From: Dicyema japonicum
Taxonomy: Eukaryota; Animalia; Dicyemida
DNA: 64,000 nucleotides
Assembly (NCBI GenBank): GCA_011109175.1
Contig: RDEW01000001.1
Location: 973,079 to 1,037,078 of the forward strand
Direction: 5' to 3'
Shown: positions 49,466-59,889 of the stretch, in pieces
Layout of the letters: every line of letters starts with the position of its first letter
Position numbering within the stretch: the stretch's first letter is position 1
Notes under the pieces: model-generated
Databases searched by the model: none
The model's input: only the letters and a program-made list of their open reading frames with translations
What the model was told of the DNA's origin: nothing
Program-made: the position numbers and the translations under genes

Positions 49466-49559
49466 TTGAAAACACCAGCTGTACAGGATTCTTGACCCCT
49501 CCAGACTCTTTTTCTTACTTGTCGGTCTGGGATCACTCAGTTAGTTGAGAATTTTTTTT

Positions 49560-51480
49560 TCTCTCTTTGACTCTGATCCTGGGGTAATAATAATTCTTTT
49601 ATTTACCCTAAACATTTGCAAATGATACTTTGGTCTCTCAATCTCCAAGCTTATAAAGGTTGAATAACTTGATAGATATTACAAACTATGCGTTTTCCTG
49701 AAGCTTAAGCGCCTTCTCAGCAGAAGCTAACGCCAATTGATGGCGACTGCACCTCTTCTAGCATGAAATGGGTGGACTGCCAATATTATTGTTATTTTTG
49801 TGTGTGCCATGTAAGTTTCAAGACTTGTTGATACACAATTTTGCCCTTAAGCCTAAAAGCTATAATTTGCAAGTCAACATCATTGTGATCCCCTCCTGAA
49901 AATACAAGGAAGATGTCAAAGTTTGCTAAAAAATATTCGCCTTTGAGTTTAGAGCTCCCGGAAATTCAGATTTGGCAGAAGCTGTCTTTCCAAAAGTTGA
50001 ATTTATTAAGAAATAACCATGTTTATGATTTTCCTGTTAATAGTAAACTGGAAGAGGACTTATTCGGATCGCTTCCGAATCTTCAATATAAGCTTCTTCA
50101 GGGTGACCCATCGTCAAGTATATAAGGGACATCTAAACGTGTCACACTACATTATCGAACGGTAAAANNNNNNNNNNNNNNNNNNNNNNNNNNNNNNNNN
50201 NNNNNNNNNNNNNNNNNNNNNNNNNNNNNNNNNNNNNNNNNNNNNNNNNNNNNNNNNNNNNNNNNNNNNNNNNNNNNNNNNNNNNNNNNNNNNNNNNNNN
50301 NNNNNNNNNNNNNNNNNNNNNNNNNNNNNNNNNNNNNNNNNNNNNNNNNNNNNNNNNNNNNNNNNNNNNNNNNNNNNNNNNNNNNNNNNNNNNNNNNNNN
50401 NNNNNNNNNNNNNNNNNNNNNNNNNNNNNNNNNNNNNNNNNNNNNNNNNNNNNNNNNNNNNNNNNNNNNNNNNNNNNNNNNNNNNNNNNNNNNNNNNNNN
50501 NNNNNNNNNNNNNNNNNNNTAACGCCAATTGATGGCGACTGCATCTCGTCTAGCATGAAATGGGTGGACTGCCAATATTATTGTCGTCTTTGTGTGTGTA
50601 ATTTTCAAGACTTGTTGATATACCATTTTGCCTTAAAGCCTAAACGCTACAATTTGTGAGTCAACTTCACTGTGATTTCCTGTTGAAAATACAAGGAAGA
50701 CATGTTAAGGTTTGCCGGGAAATAGTCGTCCTTGTGTTTAGAACTTCTGGAATTTAAGATTTGGCGGAAGCTTTCCTTCCTAAACGTAGAATTCAATAAG
50801 CAAAGTACCATGTTTATGATTCCTCCGTTTAATGGTAAACTAGAAAAGGAATTATTCGGATCGCTTCCGGAACTTCAATATAAACTTCTTCAAGATGACC
50901 CATCTTCAAATATATCAGGGACATCTACACGTATCACGTCACAATATCGAACGGTAAAAAAGCTATATNNNNTAAACGCTACAATTTGTGAGTCAACTTC
51001 ATTGTGATCTCCTGTTGAAAATACAAGGAAGACATGTTAAGGTTTGCCGGGAAATAGTCGTCCTTGAGTTTAGAACTTCCGGAATTTAAGATTTGGCGGA
51101 ACCTTTTTTTCCTAAACGTAGAATTCAATAAGCAAAGTACCATGTTTATGATTCCCCCGTTTAATGGTAAACTGGAAGAGGACTTATTCGGATCGCTTCC
51201 GGAACTTCAATATAAGCTTCTTCAAGATGACCCATATTCAAGTATATCAGGGATATCTACACGTATCACGTCACAATATCGAACGGTAAAAAAGCTATAT
51301 ACGACGATTGATCAATTATTTCTTGTAATCCACTAAACGACGTTTTCCGATCTTCCAAGTCATGCAGGAATATCCCCAAGTTGAATTCTATTTTATGACT
51401 GTGCTCACTTCTTATCTGAAAATAAACTAAAACTCTAATATTTTCCAATTTAAATTCTTAATATCTCCGTATTTGAAAAT
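49560..51480 (-). pseudogene. Degenerate TPR-repeat sequence in about three repeated blocks
   Basis: IYL.MGH.EEAY...EAIRI, FNLGIFLHDL and GGDHNDVD resemble TPR_12/kinesin-light-chain-type repeats; multiple stops; interrupted by gaps. Confidence 0.4.
50168..50519. other. Assembly gap
   Basis: Run of N. Confidence 1.
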
Positions 51481-51499
51481 TCCAACCGCTCTTAATTTA

Positions 51500-52030
51500 T
51501 GCTTCGATAAAAGTGGCGTTTTCGTTTATAAAAGTAGTACTCATACTCTCTCATTCTATCAGTGAGTGACAAAACCGACCTCAATTTACAATTTATTAAC
51601 ATAGAGAGACTCACAGTGACTTTTAGAGTCACATACTGCTCTGTCATAATCTTAGAATTGGCAATATATTATCCCCCGCTGTTGTAGACACTAGTTTGTT
51701 CCAAAAGAAACTCGTTTATAGAGATCTTTGAGTTTCTCTTTATTATGTAGGAATATATAATCATGGCCTAAAGTCTTGTACCCCTTATATTTGGCTCTGG
51801 CTTTTTACTTGTTCGCAACAGAGTTCTCTAAAGTATTATCAACTAAAGCCATTAGAAGCCTTGTAATTAACAAGCGTCTGGGACTCACTCTACCGATTTT
51901 GACGGTAGAGAAAATTTTTTACTGGGGGGAATTCATTTCCACTTGGCGCGCCTACGTTGTGGTCACCACGTGGATTTTAGTTTGTATCTGTACAGGATTG
52001 GACAATCGTCCTTTCCACTATACCTATCAT
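51500..52030 (-). mobile_element. LINE RT remnant
   Basis: Decayed NY.(RPI)..FS..E..G.QDFRP segment. Confidence 0.4.
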
Positions 52031-52894
52031 GCTTAGTTGACGACCAAAAGACAGACCCAACTCGAGTTCTTTAGAAGACAAGTCACTTCTCTTGTCCGAT
52101 CCAACTCCGATTGCACCATCTACTATTATTTTTTGTTTTTAAAAACAAAAATTAATTAGTTGTCAAATGAGCCCTGGAGTCTGCTGACTACCCTTTTATA
52201 CATGAACCTGTTGGCCTGGACAGAGGAGACGGAAAACCGCCAGACGGAAATACAACCTTTCCACTTGAGCGGGAAAAGTCATTGGTATGAGATGTTAAGT
52301 GCATTGACCTCTGTAGACACACTGTGTACCGTAATAAAGCAATGAAAACAAATGGGAAAAATACGAAGCGCTGTACGATGAATTCACGTTCTGCCCCATC
52401 GTAGTTGAGACAACAGAGAGAAATCGCTTCGTTTCCTAAAGAAACTGGGACGTCTAGCTACACAAAAAAGCCACGACGCATGTGAGACGCGGTGACTCCT
52501 CAAGCTGATCTCTGTTGCAATCGTTCGAAGAAAAGCAACGTCGATTATTTTTGTGGGGATCATTTTTTAATTATTTTTGTATTTTTTGTAAAAATAAATC
52601 TATATTTATTAAAAAAATCTTTAAAATAACTCCAAATAAATTACTAATTAAATTATCATAGTTTATACAAATAACACGATAGTTTGATTAGTATTATTTA
52701 CAATTGACTCAAATACTGGATATTAGTTGAGTTTTCGGTCGAAAGCTTTAAGAAGCACACTCATGCAAGTAACCCACTAAGCCGTGGTCTTTAAGATTTG
52801 ACAGAAAACCAAGTTCTATTCCAAGTTTATGTCGATTTTACGTAGTTTCGTAACTTTGCGTATATTTCAGTGTAATTTCCCGTTCAATTGTCAC

Positions 52895-53911
52895 ATGTAT
52901 TATTATAATGACGAGCTACAAAACCATCTCGAAAATTATCCCGTGAATGAGTATTGGGAATACTACTTGGATTATTCCCCCGAAACCCAGATTATTCCCT
53001 GTAAATGCTCTCAATGTAAACTTAATGACCCTTTTAATGCAATTTACTCTCAGAACTCATATGATTACTTGAATTACAACCCTGGTTTTAATGTCAACTC
53101 AAATGAACTTTATTACCAACAAGAAACCGACAATTTCGGCANTATCGAAAATTATACGACTCCCTTGAATGAGCATTGGGAAAACTACTTGGATAATTCC
53201 CCCGAAACCCAGATTATTCCCTGTAATTGCTCTCAATATAAATTTAATGACTTCTTTAATGCAGTTTACTCTCAGAACTCATATGATTACTTGAACTACA
53301 ACCCTTTGTTTAATTTCAACACGCATGAACTTCATTACCAACAAGAAACTGACAGTTTCGCCACACAGGATAGTAATGGTTCAGTCTCGAGTTGCGCCTT
53401 TCAATCAATCGGATCACTATTCCAGGATGACAATCGTTATGAAATAGAAAATCCACAGTCAGATATTTATGATTTTGCCATAAATTTTAAGAAAGAACGT
53501 GAAAAACTAGGCTATTCACAATCAAAAATCGCCATGTTAAGTGAGAAGAATGGGTACCCAATTAGTCAATCGACGATTTCTAGGTTTGAGTGTGGAAAAA
53601 AAACCTTTATATACATGAACAAACTCAGGGATATTTTTTCTAATATTTTGCAACTACTAATGAGGGATGGTCCCTCTAAAACAAAGATTAAGTCGTCCAA
53701 GTATATAGTCCTCAGGAGAAGGAAATTTTTTCACCGAGATATCAAAGAGACGTTAGAGAACATGTTTAGTAAGAACATTTATCCTTCAAAATTGAAGATT
53801 CGAGAAGTTGCGAGAACCTTTAGTTTTCCGGAGCATAGTGTAAAAACGTGGTTCAGTAGAAGAAGGTTTAAAATGAAAAAATTTAATAAAAGACTAAATT
53901 TAATTTTGTAA
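52895..53911 (+). CDS. Intronless, highly divergent POU-class homeobox transcription factor (N-terminal 69-codon duplication around an N)
   Basis: POU-specific domain DIYDFAINFKKEREKLGYSQSKIA...ISQSTISRFE..TF.YMNKL; homeodomain RRRK..KETLENMF.KN.YPS..IREVA..VKTWFSRRRFK; stop TAA at 53911; first ATG at 52895. Confidence 0.85.
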   Translation: MYYYNDELQNHLENYPVNEYWEYYLDYSPETQIIPCKCSQCKLNDPFNAIYSQNSYDYLNYNPGFNVNSNELYYQQETDNFGXIENYTTPLNEHWENYLDNSPETQIIPCNCSQYKFNDFFNAVYSQNSYDYLNYNPLFNFNTHELHYQQETDSFATQDSNGSVSSCAFQSIGSLFQDDNRYEIENPQSDIYDFAINFKKEREKLGYSQSKIAMLSEKNGYPISQSTISRFECGKKTFIYMNKLRDIFSNILQLLMRDGPSKTKIKSSKYIVLRRRKFFHRDIKETLENMFSKNIYPSKLKIREVARTFSFPEHSVKTWFSRRRFKMKKFNKRLNLIL

Positions 53912-54049
53912 TTTTTTGTAAATTAAATAAGTTTTATTTGACCCATTAAAAATTTGAGTTGTTTATGCAAATACACGTCGTTCTGGTCAATTTGATTAGA
54001 TACACTCTTGCTTTTATGTTTCGATGATTTGGTAACCAACGGCATAAAA

Positions 54050-56150
54050 TAGGAGATAATATAAGACCAGTTAGGTAAGTGATTAATTGGCCTGAAGGTA
54101 GGGGTCGTTACGTACTCGTATCGTTTCTTCTTCTAGCTTCGGGAGACGGTAATAGACTTGGGAGACGTTGGAAATACGATGTTCTGAACAAGGGAACATA
54201 CAAGAAGAATACACACTCAAATTTCGTTTAGCCTAAAATTGATAGAACTCAGAGGACTATCAGTCAGAATCTGCACATAATCTATATACTTATTTAAGCT
54301 TAAATGTTGTATATGTGTGCCACCATAACTCGCGGATATATGGACGGATTTTAATTTAAAAAAAGTTTCGAACAAATAAAAACATTGTCGAAAAAGTGAG
54401 TAAACCAGATATAAAGAATGATCGATCATCATCCTGTCAAGTGGCATGACTCCAATGCTAATTTCAAAATCTTTTCATTATAATAATTTCAGTGAACTAA
54501 TACAAGATCCTAGAGATTCCGGAGATATGTGACAATGGTAGACAGCCAATGTGGGTAAAACAATCTAATCTTGATTTTTAAACTAATAATTTAAACACTT
54601 CTTACAAATGCAATAATAAAATACTTATTTCAAGTCTCCTAAACACTTTAAATAAAGATAAGACACCTGAGTTGTCGTGTCACATATATACATACAACAT
54701 TGAGCTTTAATAAGTATAAAGTCCGGGCTGTGGAGGTCCTAGAAAAAACTAGCGTCGTTTGTCAAATAATCGAATCTTTAAGCAGGCCCTCGGCAGCAGC
54801 TAGTATTGCATAAATGCAAAAATTAAAACTAATTATGTTCTAATTGGCTGGCTCATCCAAGATTCGATTCAAACCTTAGTATATCCCTGTCTAATTCTTT
54901 ACTTGCTCTGAGTTCAAAAAGGATATTTTTAATTTAAACACCACGACCACCAAGAAAGATATGTTAAGCGTACTTATTAAGTGATCCTAAAATTCAACAT
55001 CTCCCAAAATCTTCTTGAATGTTCTGCCAGTGTCCTCCGAAAGTGAATTTCTTTATGCACGATCGAAATTCCTCTGCATAAGCAACCTTTGCTCCGAATG
55101 GGTTTCTTACTTCATTGTAAAGACGTAAGAATCAAAGCGGTAGTTCGAATTGGATCCAGCCAGATTTATCGAAAAAAATGTTGAGTGTTTTTCAACGGCA
55201 GTGCTCAGCTCTCGTCAAAAGCTCTTACGAAGTTCATTTCCGTAAAACAAGTGTTATTCCGTATAAAAAAAGAAGTCATGTCAGGTGAAAATTCCTGAGG
55301 AAGAATACAGTGGTAGTCCAGGATTTTTAAATTCAATGTGGTTAGTCGAACGAATACATTTTTCTCTTCTAGGAGAGTTGAAATATTACTGCCATATAGA
55401 GGAGAGCCGAAAAAATTGCGTTTTCGAGTCGGATGACCGAGACATTTTGGAGATAAGTAGAAATCGTAGCCACTGCATAGTAACGTTGTTCTCTCCGTAA
55501 GCACCGTTAATGATATTACATTTATACGGAATCGGTTCTAACCCAAATGTTGCAAGTGCAGAGATGGCGGACTCGACCTCTTCGATCACAATTTCCCAAT
55601 TCCCTTCGACGGTCGCATTATCCAAATATAATAAGTTCTGTGGAGTTCCGATTGCTGATGCTGCACAATCGATGTCAAAGGCAGAGAGCGGACTGAAAGG
55701 AAAGTTCCGGATTGAGTTGATTACTGCCTCGCATCCATGAGGAATCCCAACCTAAGTTGAGTAGGGCTCAGTGAGGCTTATATTCTTGCTTGGTGCTCTG
55801 AATCTTTACCGTCAGTCGCCTAAATACGTTTCCTATAGCAATGGGTCTTAACCCATCAAAAGACTTTCTGAAGACGATCAGTTAAATGCGAAAAGGGGTC
55901 CTCTAGCATAGTCGGTGATATCATCCCGAAGAATGCGGCCTGTGTGGGTCTTTAATAAGGAAGCTCCTCACATCGGCAGTTGTGACAGAAGCAAGGTCTT
56001 TCATATGGCTCAACGTAGGACGTCCAGACCAGCACTGCTGCTTCCTGGAATGATAAAATATCAAATCCTGGATGATGATGGCGAATGATCACCGATCGAA
56101 AGACTTTCCAATGAAGTCTCCAGGTTAACAGTTTCGTATTTAGAGGCATT
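54050..56150 (-). mobile_element. Decayed Ty3/Gypsy-like gag-pol
   Basis: In order: CFCHNC knuckle, FDIDCAASAI (protease-like), VRLTTLNLKILDYHCILP..CFTEMNFVRAF (RT), VQILTDSPL (RNase H TDH.PL). No LTR identified. Confidence 0.55.
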
Positions 56151-56289
56151 TCTCTTTTTTAAGCCTTTTCACGAGAGCCATAGTATTTATAGCTCCGCAT
56201 AGGCAGGACACACACTTTACTTAAGTAAATAACAGTTAATTTTAACTAATCGTAGAACCAAGGAATGATCTTCACTTCTTTTTTTCTTT

Positions 56290-56473
56290 TTCTTGTGTGA
56301 GTGTCTTTTCTAGACAATCCAGTCCGCAGTGAGTATCCACTGATGACGGCGTCACTCGTCAAACCTTTTCTGCATCGTGATCCGTGGAACTTTCCATCAG
56401 GTGAACAACAGCGAGAATCGAACCCGTAACCTAAGCCACCTTAGCACGACACCTAACCACTATGCCACCCGGC
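56290..56473 (-). mobile_element. tRNA-derived SINE with recognisable head
   Basis: Reverse complement GCCGGGTGGCATAGTGGTTAGG (A box)...ACGGGTTCGATTCTCGC (B box/T arm); body shared with 30790-30870; A-rich tail. Confidence 0.7.
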
Positions 56474-56499
56474 ATTTTTCTTGATGATTGAATTGAGGT

Positions 56500-57350
56500 T
56501 CCCTTCTTTCAACTCGGTTGGAAGTGATCCAGTACAAAAGATGCAAAGTATAGAAGGCACATCAGGCATCTTGAGTATTTTCACCGACTACCCTGATGAT
56601 TAGCTTTAAAGACAGGAGGCACCTTGGTATCCTGAGTGGGATAACCATCTCCGACACAAGCCAATTCAAACGGCGAGGCCATTCAATTGAGTTTGATAGT
56701 TTTAGGACAGGTACAGATGAGGGCTACCTGCTGTCATTCCTAAGGCATGAAGGGCATGACCAATTTGGAGATTTAGTGCTGTTCTTCTTGTTAGCTTATA
56801 GCGCCCAAGGTGTCCAAAATATGGGCAACGGGAACGTTGAATACCGAATTTCTTCATCAAGATTCTTGCATGAACTGCATTATACTTTCATCAAGATTTC
56901 TTGCATGAATTTCTGAAAGCAAATGAATTGAGTCAAGACCAAAAACATGTGTTAGTCAGAGTTTAAATGCTGTCGTGTAACGATGTTAGTATGTGTCTGT
57001 AGGATCCCTATAGTCAATCTCTAGTAAAACTATTTGATACAATGTAGACACTCACGTAAAGAAACGCTAGTATTCGATCTCCCAATTATCTCCAATGGAT
57101 AGTAAAGAGTAGGAGATGTTACCACTTTTCATGTCTTTCAATAGAAATCTTTCCTTTTCCATTTGAGACGTCATAGCAGACTCCAAATTCCCAATTCTTC
57201 AGATCTACAGAGAGAACAAGACCACCGTGGAAAAAGACTAATCGGAAAGACGAATGATTTCTACGATGACTTGCTTGACTTAAGGCTTCTGTCTTCTTTG
57301 AACATGAGTATTCTCGTAAACGGCATCATCTTGTTGGAGAACCTTTAAGG
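56500..57350 (-). mobile_element. LINE ORF1-like remnant
   Basis: RCPYFGHLGRY...GH...CTCP resembles decayed triple zinc knuckles. Confidence 0.4.
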
Positions 57351-57374
57351 ATATACTCGTTTACAGGTTCACCA

Positions 57375-57577
57375 AGGTAACCAAACTAACTACTCTTTGA
57401 TCCTGACTCGTTCCAGCGTTCCAGAAGCTGTCTTCAGGCAACGACAATGTCCCCCGGAATAGTTGGATCCTCTTGATGCCGGCGCATTAGGCGTCTCCTC
57501 AGTAAGGTGGATCTGTGACCCCATCGGAGGAAGGAAAATAATTATTTACCAACTAGCCACATAGCACCACATGGGGC
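57375..57577 (-). mobile_element. Short retroposon family B
   Basis: Reverse complement starts CCCCATGTGGTGCTATGTGGCTAG and ends GAACGAGTCAGGATCAAAGAGTAGTTAGTTTGG. Confidence 0.75.
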
Positions 57578-58000
57578 ACGCGGCAACTAAGAAATTGTAT
57601 AAAAATTTATTACTCATTTGGCAGTCAAAAGACAAAAAAGTGAAAATAAAGATATACAACTCATTATTACTACCAATACAGAAGTACAATAGTGGAACCT
57701 GGGGGTTCTTAAAAGCTATCACAGATCACAACTACGGAAAGCACTCTATTTACCAAATGAAAAAATCAAAATCGGATTATTTATAACTGTAGCAAATCTC
57801 ACAAACTATCGCTAGATGAAATCAAGATGGAGGCTCGTTGGCCATATCCTACAAATGGAAATAGATACTCCTGCAAATATTGCAATTGAAACATACTTCG
57901 CGCAATTCGGAGGAGCATTCCATGGGGGCCAATACTACACTATATCTATTTTGAACAGGAACTGAAAATATTGGAAAGAAACTTGAAAATAATATTTCAA
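57578..58000 (+). mobile_element. RTE ORF2 C-terminal fragment
   Basis: KIKIYNSLLLP..KYNSGTWG; RWRLVGHILQM..DTPAN. Confidence 0.75.
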
Positions 58001-58009
58001 TTTACGCAT

Positions 58010-58360
58010 GGATTATTTTTATTCTTTGTGGACATATGAAGCGTTGTACGTGAACGGGATGTTTCTACAAATTCCTCCATAATGATGTTTGTTGGCGCAT
58101 CTCGCTCCATTCTTAAAACAGTCTCCAGTGTGCTTCATGATCAGTATGCTCAGAGGTCTAGACGAGCATCTTTTGTACAATTTTTCAATCTTTAAACGCA
58201 TTGGATACTTCAGTCCCAAGAGAAACCTAAGTTTCTCTCTATGAAAGGAGTGGTCTCTTTCCATCAGTATTCGATTAGAGTTACGGAGCGATGGATTTAT
58301 GGAAAGGTCACATGCCTCTGGAATTCCTAATCCGTAACAACCGAAGGATGCGCCCATGTG
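58010..58360 (-). mobile_element. RTE ORF2 C-terminal fragment, tail-to-tail with the previous one
   Basis: SFHREKLRFLLGLKYPMRLKIEKLYKRCSSRPLS. Confidence 0.8.
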
Positions 58361-58499
58361 ACTACGAGCAACTAGTTACACGGCCGATATTGCTTGTGTA
58401 GGCTCATGGGAGGAGCATCGGGCCAAATTGAGGTATCTGTTGGAACGATACTAGATTAGTAGTTAGTTTTGTGTCACCCTAGTCATTGGAATTCTTCAC

Positions 58500-59000
58500 T
58501 TCATTCCAATAACGTCAGGATGCTAAGTGGCTTGACTGGCATACCTGTATCAATGATCTTTGTTTAAATCGAAGGTTTTACTATGCCCTTTGCTTTACTT
58601 TTTTTTGGCGTCAAGTGAACTACCTGTCTCGAGCATGCTCCCAGTTCCAGGAAGATATAAATAAAGATCATTTGCTCTCCTCTATTTAATTGAGTATTTC
58701 TTGGAGCGGTTCTTACTTCTCCGTTATAAAAAGGGTTCTGTGCTCGAAAAGCCTTGTCTTTCTCTTACAGTGGCCGGAGAAACTGGCTGGTTCTAACTTC
58801 ACGGTGAACCCGGGGTTAATAAAATTAGTATGCCACAAGGTAATACATCAAACTAATCACCACGGATTTAGAATGCTCGAGTTACACCGAGAAATGCAAA
58901 CAGATAAATCTGTCGACATAGACTCCTTTTTAAGATTTAAGGGAATTTCAAAAGCATATAAATCCGACCACATCTATTAAAAAACTGGATTATATTAAAA
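58500..59000 (-). mobile_element. Possible GIY-YIG (Penelope-like) remnant
   Basis: FSGHCKRKTRLFEHR resembles YIG.T.R.L.TR..EH. Confidence 0.3.
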
Positions 59001-59339
59001 ACTCATTCCATCGAAAAACATCTGCAGACCGAAATCAAGTTACAAAAATTATTAGACTGATCATTTCAGTTTAAAGCATATTCTATGCTATTTTCCTCGA
59101 ATATTAATATCTGTTTTCCAACTGAGTTTTAACATTCTAAAATGTCTCATTTTGATCGGCAACTTCTATATTAAGCTTTAATTTTTTAGTACTCATAGTG
59201 AGTCGGAGGTTATTTAATGAAATTTATGTTTTTTTTGTAATCAATAATCCTGAATTAACTATTTAATCGTGAATTACTCAATTTCTCCTTGAAAATCAAT
59301 GATCGATGTGGATCTTGGAATAGAGTCGGAGAGTTTATA

Positions 59340-59800
59340 TTCGAAGGACATAAGCAAATTTTCTACGGAGATTACTGAGTTCTTCGAGAAGAGCGCGATG
59401 TCGCACCTGGTGGGAGATCTAACGCGAAGAACGGAAGCTACTGATGCTATAAAACAAAACGGGATGGAAGACGGATAGATATGATCAACAGAGAGATATT
59501 TGGTCTCAAGATAACATATTTACAACTGTTGGAACCATCTTCCCTTTTGAAGCCGAGAAACCTTGTGTCTAGAACGTCACCTGCACCAACACGTACGCGT
59601 TCCTATTCAATGATTTTTTGTTTTTTACATTCGCGGCTAAAACGTGTGGTTCCCTTGTGCCTGAGCTACACGATCAGGAGACTCCCTGTGCGTTCCTGGT
59701 TATTTGAGTGATTCTCGCTCGCCATCCTGAGAAGGAGTAGCCATTCAGTCAGGGAGGTCTCTATATGACCATTTGCTCATTTTTTTCTGTAATAAATCGT
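59340..59800 (+). mobile_element. CRE-like LINE 3' fragment
   Basis: Homologous by eye to 47830-48200 (GAAACCTTGTGTCTAGAACGTCACCTGCACC; TTCTCGCTCGCCATCCTGAGAAGG). Confidence 0.7.
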
Positions 59801-59889
59801 TCAAAAGAAAAAAAATCGATTATTATTTGTGATTGACCCTAAAAAAAGTTAAAAAATATAAATTATTTTTTTCACTTACATGTTCCACA

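Noticed and set aside
52829-52894. Track ORF start at 52829 for POU
   Set aside because: That ATG-initiated extension (MSILRSFVTLRIF...) cannot be excluded, but it looks like low-information leader. 52895 was preferred, so the true start is uncertain.
53965-53972. Octamer ATGCAAAT just downstream of the POU gene
   Set aside because: Several copies are expected by chance in 64 kb at this AT content (another is at ~60201), so it is no evidence of autoregulation.
56338-56370. CTGATGA as a hammerhead ribozyme core (also ~695, ~22336 on the - strand, ~55869)
   Set aside because: None has a proper stem II followed by GAAA together with stems I and III.
56408-56473. Functional tRNA (AAG loop)
   Set aside because: The anticodon and acceptor stems do not pair, and it continues into a repeated SINE body.
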